Shown in pieces: positions 46,601 to 55,026 of a stretch of DNA of 64,000 nucleotides (its first letter is position 1; each line of letters begins with the position of its first letter). The notes under the pieces were generated by a model. It saw only the letters and a list, made by a program, of their open reading frames with translations, did not search any database and was not told the DNA's origin. The stretch is taken from positions 15,149-79,148 of the IMG/VR virus record IMGVR_UViG_3300010430_000020; one strand, given 5' to 3'. This stretch comes from a virus. A program made the translations under genes and the position numbers.

Positions 46601-47372
46601 GATTTCCCCATTGGAATGTCTTAGCCTGCCGCCGATCAGGGTTTTTTTCACAGATGAAATAGAGCTTGCGGTCTTCTAGGATCACCATATCCTTCAGCTG
46701 GCGCTCCCACTCGGTATCATCCAGTTCATCTAACCATGCCGCTTCGGTATACTCCCTGAACCTCGGGTTTAACCAATTATCGGCAATCTCAGATTCAGAA
46801 TGATCATGCTTATCCCATATTGGACTGGGATTTTTGATGAAATACTTTCTGACATCATAAACATCCATACCATTTTCTAGGAAGAACTTGTTTAGCTCGC
46901 GCTGCCCGCGCCTGCCATCACCATCAAAGTAAACCATACCCTTGAAGATACCGGCCACTTTTGTCATGTCCCAGATTTTATTGAGGACAGTCGGGACATC
47001 TTCGCAGTGATGAACAACACCTGTTGCAACCACTAGATCAAAGAAGTCCTTGTAATCCAAATCCTCGATGGACGTTAGCTCATAGGTCACATTCTGGACA
47101 GAATATTGATCGATCAGAGATTTGGTATAGGCCATACTGGACTCTGATACATCACACAGTACGAAACGGTTCTGGGGGTTGTGATAGGCCGCCAGGAAGC
47201 CCTGGATGGTCCCGCACCCGGCAATCAGAATATCCATATCACTGAAGCTTGGATCGGGTGGAACCATCTTATCAAACTTGTTGACAATATCAGGCCCTTG
47301 TGCATTCCATCGGGTTACATCTGGGTAGGGATAGCGGTCATAGTGTTTGGCAATAGGATCAGATTTGTTCAT
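46584..47372 (-). CDS. class I SAM-dependent methyltransferase
   Basis: YDRYPYP, ILIAGCGT, FDLVVATGVVHH. Confidence 0.8.
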   Translation of the reverse strand: MNKSDPIAKHYDRYPYPDVTRWNAQGPDIVNKFDKMVPPDPSFSDMDILIAGCGTIQGFLAAYHNPQNRFVLCDVSESSMAYTKSLIDQYSVQNVTYELTSIEDLDYKDFFDLVVATGVVHHCEDVPTVLNKIWDMTKVAGIFKGMVYFDGDGRRGQRELNKFFLENGMDVYDVRKYFIKNPSPIWDKHDHSESEIADNWLNPRFREYTEAAWLDELDDTEWERQLKDMVILEDRKLYFICEKNPDRRQAKTFQWGNLGANE

Positions 47373-47424
47373 GGTGAGAAATCTCCAAAATATTTTAACT
47401 CAGCTCTCAATTTAGATTGTGTAA

Positions 47425-47856
47425 TCATATTTCACCATTAGTCCAACGAAGGAAATCGATTGCATTCTTAATCTGAAACCCTCTGTTGTTCAGGTTTCGT
47501 ATGATATTCTCTAGCGCCGAGATGCGCTCTTCTAGGTATCCGACCTGCAGGTTCATATCGATAATGTCTGTATCGGCATCCATATACAACCCAATATCAC
47601 TCTTGAGAATTTTACCCTTGGGGTAACGCCAGCCTTTGGCGCGGGTCTCTTCACTTGGTCCTTGTATGTAGAATTCATACTTGGCGAGTTTTAGCTTCGA
47701 TAGATCGGCGCGCAGAATCTTGAGTTTGTTGCGCTCGGAATGATACATCCGCATATATTTAGCGTGTATCCTGGGGGTTGCCAGCGATTCTACATCAAGT
47801 TGAGTCCGATCTATTCTGCAGTCCTTCTCCCATTCATCAAAGATGTCATCATTCAT
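47425..47856 (-). CDS. uvsY: recombination mediator
   Basis: WEKDCRID, P..HAKY, RGFQIKNAIDF. Confidence 0.9.
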   Translation of the reverse strand: MNDDIFDEWEKDCRIDRTQLDVESLATPRIHAKYMRMYHSERNKLKILRADLSKLKLAKYEFYIQGPSEETRAKGWRYPKGKILKSDIGLYMDADTDIIDMNLQVGYLEERISALENIIRNLNNRGFQIKNAIDFLRWTNGEI

Positions 47857-48382
47857 TTAATACCTCTACATCAAAATATCCGTATCTGAAACTTACTTCA
47901 GCTGTGGCATACATAACATCTTCTATAGTATTTGTCATCTCCCAGCCGGATATTGATGTGGGCCATGCATCTCTGAAATTAAACTGAATGTTGGGGTTTT
48001 TCAAGGAGGTAAGTAGTGTCAGACTCATATCAGAGAATACGCCCTCGCGCCGGTAGACATCTCTGTCAGCATCCGTCAATTCCTTATACTGAGAGAAGTC
48101 CTTGGGAAAGGCCAGTCCTGTGAGCCAATTGTGTAACTCCTGGTATCCATTCAGGTTTTCATCCATAATGATCGTCATATCCAGGGACGCATAGGTCATG
48201 TGATCGCCCGCGAATGGTAGTGTCACAAACTGGTTCCCGACATCAACCGCTGGCAGATCGAGACCGGGGATATTGGCTTCCTGGATGAACCACTCAACAT
48301 TGGGTGCCCGATGTAGGATCAGGTGGAAGCCAATGACCGAGAGATAATTGAGGTTCTGTGGATTTCTATCTAATGCTACCAT
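47849..48382 (-). CDS. gp3: tail completion / tube terminator protein
   Basis: NYLSVIGF, ANIPG, DENL..YQELHNW, FRDAWPTSISG; position upstream of uvsY. Confidence 0.8.
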   Translation of the reverse strand: MVALDRNPQNLNYLSVIGFHLILHRAPNVEWFIQEANIPGLDLPAVDVGNQFVTLPFAGDHMTYASLDMTIIMDENLNGYQELHNWLTGLAFPKDFSQYKELTDADRDVYRREGVFSDMSLTLLTSLKNPNIQFNFRDAWPTSISGWEMTNTIEDVMYATAEVSFRYGYFDVEVLNE

Positions 48383-49037
48383 TAGTGCCGTGCCTGTTTG
48401 TTATTAGGTAATGAGAATCATACTGAAACTCTTTGGGCTCTCTGACCTTACTATCGAAAATTCTGTACTTGTGATATTTGAATAACTGGAATAATCGGGG
48501 GTAGTTAACCTGTTTGTGTACTTCCAGAACAATATCTAACTGGAAGTTATTCAGTGTATTAACTGCTCCTTTCCAGGCAAAGTCTTCTGCTCCCTCAATA
48601 TCCATCTTAATAAATCGCAACTTCTTGATCTTCTTTTCCTTGATGAAGGAATCCAGGGTAAGACCATGTACGCCCACGAAATTATCGATGTCATGTCCCC
48701 ACTGTTTGGTCCTGGCAACATGGAATGCCAGTGTGTTGCCTCCTGCACATGCCCCGTCCTTACCCACGGTATAGAGCTTTACATCCTGATCTACATCGCA
48801 AATTGCGCAGTTCACCACCTCCACATTCTTGATATCCGCGCCCTTGATATTTTCCTTGAGGCTCTCACAGGTATATGGGTTGGCCTCGATGGCATAGACC
48901 TTCTTGAATTTCTTGGACAATGGTACAGTATACTTACCAACATTCGCACCAATATCGAGCGCCACCATATCATCCTTCTTGGGGTAGTTATCTATTATGT
49001 GTTGTACAAACCCTTCATCAAATGCCATTGTTATCAA
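48366..49037 (-). CDS. FkbM-family methyltransferase
   Basis: LDIGANVG, IEANP, IKMDIEGAE. Confidence 0.88.
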   Translation of the reverse strand: MITMAFDEGFVQHIIDNYPKKDDMVALDIGANVGKYTVPLSKKFKKVYAIEANPYTCESLKENIKGADIKNVEVVNCAICDVDQDVKLYTVGKDGACAGGNTLAFHVARTKQWGHDIDNFVGVHGLTLDSFIKEKKIKKLRFIKMDIEGAEDFAWKGAVNTLNNFQLDIVLEVHKQVNYPRLFQLFKYHKYRIFDSKVREPKEFQYDSHYLITNRHGTNGSIR

Positions 49038-49641
49038 AATCCTCTGGTGATGCTTTTCCGTAGGGCAGGCGCGTCCTCTCTACTTTAGCAAAGTTGCGAA
49101 CCTCACAATCATATTTAGCGGCTATTCGACGAAAGCGCATATAGAGATTGTTTAAGAAATTGGGGTCTTTTTTGATGTTGTGCTCGCGCACCATCTTATC
49201 TGGATCGGGTTCGCCCAATTCAACATCTCGACCTATACCATAGAAATGGGTATGGCCATTGGCATCCGGGGTATAGTCCATATCTGCACCCAGATAACCT
49301 ATGATCTTCGGTTTGAGGGCTATGAGCGACCAGTATGAGGTCACCATAGTCATCGAGAATCCAACCGCCATATGCCCGCCGAAATAGCTAATGATTGTCC
49401 TGCTATCCAGGATGACCTTCTGACCGCGCCCTGCTGTCGGTTGGTCCTTCACCATCTCATCCGCGATGGCATACTTCCAGAATGGGGTAGCTTTCCATGC
49501 ATTGTTGACTGTTACAATACACCAACCTTTTTTCTGATAAGGATAATCCTCGATCTGTTTTGCCGACATCCCACTGGCAACTACCAGAACCTTCTTCTCT
49601 TTCTCATAAGGCGACTTATAGCGTTCAGGCATAATGTTCAA
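49018..49641 (-). CDS. Maf/MptE- or sialyltransferase-like Rossmann-fold protein
   Basis: VLVVASGMS, IVTVNNAW, IGYLGADMDY, HFYG. Confidence 0.55.
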   Translation of the reverse strand: MNIMPERYKSPYEKEKKVLVVASGMSAKQIEDYPYQKKGWCIVTVNNAWKATPFWKYAIADEMVKDQPTAGRGQKVILDSRTIISYFGGHMAVGFSMTMVTSYWSLIALKPKIIGYLGADMDYTPDANGHTHFYGIGRDVELGEPDPDKMVREHNIKKDPNFLNNLYMRFRRIAAKYDCEVRNFAKVERTRLPYGKASPEDFDNNGI

Positions 49642-50194
49642 ACTCCCTATAAAATTTCTCTTTGATTAGTGTTTTATCGTCATCAGAAAATGCCCAGCGC
49701 CTGCCGCCACTAGAATTCAGATGTTTGGGTACACATTCAAAGGTATTTAACAGAATGGTATTTAAGTCTTCGGTGCGATAGATGGTATCGATCAATAGAC
49801 TACCATCTATATCAGTAAACCAGTGGTATGGGGTGATCTTTAGATTTCGGATGAATGTGTGGATAGGGACAGAATTATCTTCGCCAATGGAATTTTTGAG
49901 GCCCCCTTTGTTGTACAGACAGTTGATCCAGTCATAGGGGTGACGCACAAAGGCAATCTTCTTATAATGATTCCAGTGAGGGGGCTCGATCATTATTCTG
50001 GCTTGACGTGATGTGAAGTGGGCAGGGTTGGATATTTGCATATCCATACCCCAGGCTGGATGGCTTAGGGCGACCCGCACCCGCTCCCAGTTCTTGTATC
50101 GCACCTTGAGCGATTCATGAAACGAATTTGAGCCTGTGCCAGGAACAATGATGTAGATGAGCTTCAGATCATGAAACAGGTACATAGTGTTCAA
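49625..50194 (-). CDS. sulfotransferase family 2-like protein
   Basis: IYIIVPGTGSNS (5'-PSB-like), AFVRHPYDW (3'-PB), IYRTEDL. Confidence 0.7.
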   Translation of the reverse strand: MNTMYLFHDLKLIYIIVPGTGSNSFHESLKVRYKNWERVRVALSHPAWGMDMQISNPAHFTSRQARIMIEPPHWNHYKKIAFVRHPYDWINCLYNKGGLKNSIGEDNSVPIHTFIRNLKITPYHWFTDIDGSLLIDTIYRTEDLNTILLNTFECVPKHLNSSGGRRWAFSDDDKTLIKEKFYREFEHYA

Positions 50195-50735
50195 ATTCCC
50201 TCCAGAACCGTTCTTGCATGATCTTTTTCAGTTCAGGCGTATACACCTGCGGTTCTTTACCATGTGAAGTCTGATTGTTGTGTATGGGCGGCTGGCCAAA
50301 CCGGGGGAAGAATACCGTATCCAATTCCTCTGTCTTATATAGGGTATCTATTAGCATGGTGTCATTCCAATCCAGATACCAATAGTATGGTGTCTTCTTA
50401 TTGAAGACCACGAAGTTATTGAAAGTCACCTCAACTAATTCTTCCTTGATCATTCCAACATTCTTTAGCTGGAAGTGATTCCACATACTGTTCATCCATG
50501 TATAGGGGTTGCGTATGAATGCAATCTTCTCATAACTGTCCCAGCAGTTTTTTTCAATATAGGATTTTGTTACCCGCGCCGGGTAATGCAAAGGCATAGT
50601 AATATCGGTTTTTCTGCTTTTGTCCACCTTCAGGTGTTCAAAGTGGTGGTGGCTTATTGCAATTCGCTCGAATGATCTAGTTCCAGTTCCTGGTACACAT
50701 ACCCAGATGATTTTATGTTTATGCGATATCAGCAA
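50169..50735 (-). CDS. sulfotransferase family 2-like protein
   Basis: ISHKHKIIWVCVPGTGTRS, AFIRNPYTW, LYKTEEL. Confidence 0.7.
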   Translation of the reverse strand: MLISHKHKIIWVCVPGTGTRSFERIAISHHHFEHLKVDKSRKTDITMPLHYPARVTKSYIEKNCWDSYEKIAFIRNPYTWMNSMWNHFQLKNVGMIKEELVEVTFNNFVVFNKKTPYYWYLDWNDTMLIDTLYKTEELDTVFFPRFGQPPIHNNQTSHGKEPQVYTPELKKIMQERFWREFEHYVPVS

Positions 50736-50978
50736 TTAATGACCATACCTTTTGTGGCGGCCCCATGAACGATCACGAGGGATACAATGAGAATGGCCAT
50801 GATTACCATGCCAGTGTCTCTTGCATTTTAGGCGAGGGCGGTAATACTTGTTAGAGCCCTTCTTTTTCCAAAATTGGAAATATCCACTTTCATCTCCAAA
50901 ACCAAATCCGAAGTCGATGGCAGCCGCAGGCGTAACCAAAAATCCAGTTAAAACAAGGGCTAAGAGTAGTTTCTTCAT
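50736..50978 (-). CDS. small exported His/Lys-rich protein
   Basis: signal peptide MKKLLLALVLTGFLVTPAAA; GGAG RBS. Confidence 0.6.
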   Translation of the reverse strand: MKKLLLALVLTGFLVTPAAAIDFGFGFGDESGYFQFWKKKGSNKYYRPRLKCKRHWHGNHGHSHCIPRDRSWGRHKRYGH

Positions 50979-50988
50979 CGTTGTCTCC

Positions 50989-51028
50989 AAAAAAAAGAGG
51001 TAGGGATTTTACTCCTACCTCTATTTAG
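50989..51028 (-). terminator. gp23 terminator with an overlapping late promoter
   Basis: stem AGAGGTAGG / CCTACCTCT plus T8 on the minus strand; CTAAATA at 51022-51028. Confidence 0.75.
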
Positions 51029-51049
51029 TTTATGGCTTTTTATTAAGTA

Positions 51050-52426
51050 TTACATTAGGTTCTTAACTAGGACACGACGATAGTAGACGTTCGAGTCTTT
51101 GGTAAGAGCGCCAGAACCCGCCGTAAGCCCTTCGGCAAATGGGTTGGCAATCATTCCATATCGGGTCTTAAAGCCGATTTTTGGCTGGAATGAATCATGA
51201 TCCACTGCACGGACCATCTGTAGGGGAACGTAAGGACAGTAGAATAAACCGGCGTCCATTGAACTTGAACCCTTGTAACCGACAGTCATGTAATTCAGGC
51301 CATTAAAGCCATCAAGAATAGCATCGGCATAGGGGTCGATATAAACGCGCAGACGACCATTGAGAACACCAGCAAATGTATTGCCTGTGTCATCAACTTG
51401 GAGGTTATTGCTGTTAAGTGCCGGAGCGTAATCTAGAACACCAGCCATTTGCAATGCGGATGCTACATCCGAAGAACAAATAACGATGTTGCCTTTACCC
51501 CGACGAGTCTCTTTGGCAATTCGGTTACATTCACGCTCCAGGTGGAACATCATGCCCTTGAATTTTTCAACTGCCCAACGACCGTTGGAGTCAGTATCTA
51601 GATCAAAGAAGCCTGCTGTCGTAGTATTTTCCTGTGCGCCTTGCTTGGCCGTGAGGTTAATCGTGCGAACAACTTCGCGGTTAATTTCAGCAAGAATTTC
51701 TGAGCTAAGGATATTAGAAAGCTCGGTCTCAGCATCCAGACCATGAACCGCCTTCAAATCCTGAGCAAGTTCCATCGAGTATTCAGCTTTGAGAGCGCGT
51801 GACTTAGCAGTAACGGCTAGTTTCTCGATGCTGAATGCCATTTCTGGCCATGCGACGTTACCTGATGCACCCAAGGCTTCGGCTTGACCCGTTGCCATTG
51901 CGTCACCATAGTTATAAATGCCGCTCTCTGCGAGGTTAGCACCAACGGTGTTGTTACCAGGAAGATGACCAACGTGCTTGTCACCAAGTGTATTAGCGCC
52001 GCCTGTGACAGAACTAAACTCGGTGTTGACTTCGTTGTAGAAGGTCTCATCACCAGCTTGGTTGCTATAGCGCGCACGCATAGCGAAAATCAGGCCCGTA
52101 GGACCAGACATTGGCTGAACGCCGCAGATATCATATGCAAGCAGATTTGGCATTGCACGACGAACCAGCGAGATTAGCACTGGGTCAAAGATATCGACAG
52201 AACCGTCACCGGCTGTTGAAGAAGAAGCGCCCATTTGGTTTGTTGGACCGTCTTCTGCGAGTAGGGTGGAACCCATTCCCATTTGACGAGATTGTTCTTG
52301 CAGAGAATGTGCGGTATTCTCAAGGATCATTGCCGTAACATTCCTACGATGGGGGTCTTTAATAGCGCCCAAATCCTCGTGTTCCAGAATAGGTGCCCAC
52401 TTTTTTTGAAGATGTTCATTTAGCAT
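51050..52426 (-). CDS. gp23: major capsid protein
   Basis: DPVLISLVRR, GVQPMSGPTGLIFAMR, SRALKAEYS, EINRE, YCPYVPL, IGFKTRYG. Confidence 0.98.
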   Translation of the reverse strand: MLNEHLQKKWAPILEHEDLGAIKDPHRRNVTAMILENTAHSLQEQSRQMGMGSTLLAEDGPTNQMGASSSTAGDGSVDIFDPVLISLVRRAMPNLLAYDICGVQPMSGPTGLIFAMRARYSNQAGDETFYNEVNTEFSSVTGGANTLGDKHVGHLPGNNTVGANLAESGIYNYGDAMATGQAEALGASGNVAWPEMAFSIEKLAVTAKSRALKAEYSMELAQDLKAVHGLDAETELSNILSSEILAEINREVVRTINLTAKQGAQENTTTAGFFDLDTDSNGRWAVEKFKGMMFHLERECNRIAKETRRGKGNIVICSSDVASALQMAGVLDYAPALNSNNLQVDDTGNTFAGVLNGRLRVYIDPYADAILDGFNGLNYMTVGYKGSSSMDAGLFYCPYVPLQMVRAVDHDSFQPKIGFKTRYGMIANPFAEGLTAGSGALTKDSNVYYRRVLVKNLM

Positions 52427-52457
52427 TTTAGGTTTTACTCCATTTCTTGGTTTTTTT

Positions 52458-52465
52458 TATTTATA
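52458..52465 (-). promoter_or_regulatory. late promoter TATAAATA
   Basis: perfect consensus upstream of gp23. Confidence 0.85.
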
Positions 52466-52469
52466 TAAA

Positions 52470-53579
52470 TTAGCGTTTAGCTGTTCTAGAAATAGCATTG
52501 TAAACGGCTCGCACCGATGCATCTTCGAATTGTTGTTGATCGGCATCCTCTGCATCTTCTGCTATTTGTTCATTGATTAATTGTGTTGATGGTGGCGCAG
52601 ATGGTTTCCCAGAGAAGAATCCTTCCCTAATATAACCAAGTTTCTTTTCGAATTTTTCATTATCACCATCGTACTCGATATTTTCAGCTAAGGTCTTGAA
52701 TTTACTATAATTAATTGGAGACAACTCATCAGCCATTTGTTCGATGAGAGCGTCTTTTCTCATTGCCTTTACTTCTTCATGCATTTCAATGTTCTTGGAT
52801 TCGGATGCATTAAGCTCCTCTTCCAAGCCATCGACCTTAGTTACGAGTTGTTCAATAACATCGTCCTCACCTTCTGGGAGTTCCAGGCGGTAGGTTTTGC
52901 ATAATTCACCAAGGTCATTAATGAAGCTTTCAGTCAATTCGCTCTTCAGGCTGTGCTCAACGGCAACTTCATTTTCTTTCAGCCAATTATCAGCCACATA
53001 ATCCAAATAGTTATCGACGTTTTCATTAAGTTCACTGGTCAGGCTTTCGATCTCTGATTTGAGCTGACCATCAAATTCTTCTTGCAAATCCGCGCGTTCA
53101 ATTGCTACGCGAGTTTCAACTGCAGCCTCGAAGAGTGTTGTCATTTTTTCTTTTAGGTCTTCTGACAACTCTTCTCCATCGCCACCAAAAATTGTTTCCA
53201 ATTCTTCGGAGTAAGCAGCCTTACCAGGGGTTGGTTTACCCTTGGCGTTAATTGATGCTGCATTCTTCGCTGCAGCCCCATCAGGAATCTTCTGTGGGAA
53301 TTCTTTGTATGCAGCCATCGCCAGATCAAAGAATTTAACCATATCACCGCCGCTCATGCCGCTCATTGCGTTCATGAGAGTCTTCATCATCTCTGAATTT
53401 TTTGTCTTTGGTTTCAGCGTTGCTGCCGCTTCAGTACCGTTATCTTTGGTATCCATTTCATCAAGGCTCTCTTCCTCAGATGCCTCTTCAACTTCTTCCT
53501 CAACGGCCTCTAGCTCCTGCTCGATTTCTTCGTCGTGCAGAACCTCATCCTCTAGTCGTTCTTGTTCTTGTTTCGCCAT
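52470..53579 (-). CDS. gp22: prohead core scaffold protein
   Basis: LSEDLKEKMTTLFEAAV, VDNYLDYVADNWLKENEVAVE; start MAKQE; ATAAATA at 53615-53621. Confidence 0.92.
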   Translation of the reverse strand: MAKQEQERLEDEVLHDEEIEQELEAVEEEVEEASEEESLDEMDTKDNGTEAAATLKPKTKNSEMMKTLMNAMSGMSGGDMVKFFDLAMAAYKEFPQKIPDGAAAKNAASINAKGKPTPGKAAYSEELETIFGGDGEELSEDLKEKMTTLFEAAVETRVAIERADLQEEFDGQLKSEIESLTSELNENVDNYLDYVADNWLKENEVAVEHSLKSELTESFINDLGELCKTYRLELPEGEDDVIEQLVTKVDGLEEELNASESKNIEMHEEVKAMRKDALIEQMADELSPINYSKFKTLAENIEYDGDNEKFEKKLGYIREGFFSGKPSAPPSTQLINEQIAEDAEDADQQQFEDASVRAVYNAISRTAKR

Positions 53580-53624
53580 CTTAGTAAAGTCCTTTTTTAG
53601 GGATATTTTGCATTTATTTATCAA

Positions 53625-54281
53625 TTACTTCTTTTTAGATACCTCATTAAGGAAATGCTTAAAGATAGCGAGTTTTTGCTCCTCTAGTTTCCTCTTGGAC
53701 ATCTTCTTGACCGATTCTTTGATTACTTCAGCTTTCTTTGCGACCCATTCACCATTTTCAAATAGCCACTCGACACCTTCCATGATGCCATTAACAAAGG
53801 CATCTGGTGCGCTCGGGTCGCTCACAATGTCTGCAGCCGTAACTAACTTGAAATCGTTCTGCACTTCCAGCAGGCCGTTATCGAGCTTTTTAAGTGAGCC
53901 CAACCCTCTGGATGACATACCTAGTTGACCACCAGATTCCACAATGCCCTTGGCGATATTACCCATTGGCGTATCCATAATCTTGGCGCGACCAATGATG
54001 TCATTTCCTTCGGGGCGTAAACTTTCGATGAGGTGGGAGATGCGGTCCAGATTAATCTGCGGGCCATTAGGGTGACCTAATTCACCATAGGCGCGATTGT
54101 TGCTGACCTTTTCTTTGATGTAGCGATTAGTTTCTTTAATCAGAGTTTCCATAGGGTAGACACGGCCATTCTTATTGGGCTTAGATTGCATAAAAATGCC
54201 TTCCAAGAACATGTACTTCTTGCCATCCCTCTCCTCGGTAACAAACCGCGCTTCCTGTATGTCTTCTCTAATTAGTTTCAT
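53625..54281 (-). CDS. gp21: prohead protease
   Basis: GIFMQ, NGRVYP, GELGHP, GMSSRGLGS, DIVSDPSAPDA. Confidence 0.96.
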   Translation of the reverse strand: MKLIREDIQEARFVTEERDGKKYMFLEGIFMQSKPNKNGRVYPMETLIKETNRYIKEKVSNNRAYGELGHPNGPQINLDRISHLIESLRPEGNDIIGRAKIMDTPMGNIAKGIVESGGQLGMSSRGLGSLKKLDNGLLEVQNDFKLVTAADIVSDPSAPDAFVNGIMEGVEWLFENGEWVAKKAEVIKESVKKMSKRKLEEQKLAIFKHFLNEVSKKK

Positions 54282-54649
54282 CCGATTTCTTTCTTAAACT
54301 CTAGCATTAGGTATGAATCTCCAGCCCCTACTAGTGTGAACCAAACATTTTCTCCATCATCATGTAGAGTTAGCGCCGCGCCGTTGCCTGCGTAGTCAAT
54401 CCATGCTGATGAGTCATATACACCAACAACCGTATTAACCGTGTCATTACCCCGTTCAACTACCCAGTAATCGCCTGTGCCGGATGATGATCCACACCAA
54501 ACCTGTTTGATAGGTGCTCTGGATACAACCTCACCGGAGGAAGCCAAATTACTGGTGACATCATCCCCAGTACAAACGAGTGTGTTGCTGCCGCTGACAT
54601 GCACAAGTACTGAATTGTTTGCTGCATTCTTAATGTAGTTAATTGTCAC
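54278..54649 (-). CDS. head-region protein (tandem paralogue 1)
   Basis: strong similarity to 54649-55026. Confidence 0.7.
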   Translation of the reverse strand: MTINYIKNAANNSVLVHVSGSNTLVCTGDDVTSNLASSGEVVSRAPIKQVWCGSSSGTGDYWVVERGNDTVNTVVGVYDSSAWIDYAGNGAALTLHDDGENVWFTLVGAGDSYLMLEFKKEIG

Positions 54650-55026
54650 TAGCCAATTTCCTTCTTGATTTCCATCATCAGATACGATGATGCAGCATCA
54701 CAAGCAGTAGCAGTGCAATAAATGAATTCACCTGCGCTTTCTAGAGAAAGACTTGCGCCGCTACCGGCAAAATCCATCCATGCAGTAGAATCAAAAACAC
54801 CAACAACAGAGTTGGCACCCGCATCACCTCGTGTTACAGTCCAATATGCGGAGTTTCCTGATGGAGACCCAAAAAAGACTTGTTTGATAGTGGCTCTAGT
54901 AACAATCTCACCATTAGAAGCCAGATCACTAACAGAATCATTTCCTGTACAGTTGATCTGTCCTGTACCAGTGAAATGGACAATCACTGAATTGTTTGGT
55001 GATTTTCGTATAATATTGACTGCCAT
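54649..55026 (-). CDS. head-region protein (tandem paralogue 2)
   Basis: strong similarity to 54278-54649. Confidence 0.7.
   Translation of the reverse strand: MAVNIIRKSPNNSVIVHFTGTGQINCTGNDSVSDLASNGEIVTRATIKQVFFGSPSGNSAYWTVTRGDAGANSVVGVFDSTAWMDFAGSGASLSLESAGEFIYCTATACDAASSYLMMEIKKEIG

Noticed and set aside
46640-46652. A7 run as a programmed frameshift fusing the methyltransferase to uvsW
   Set aside because: uvsW has its own plausible TTG start and RBS at 46600, and no stimulatory structure is evident.
9168-52426. Introns or inteins in nrdJ, gp41, gp43, gp46, uvsW or gp23
   Set aside because: All have normal lengths and contiguous motifs, with no intein ends or embedded homing endonuclease.
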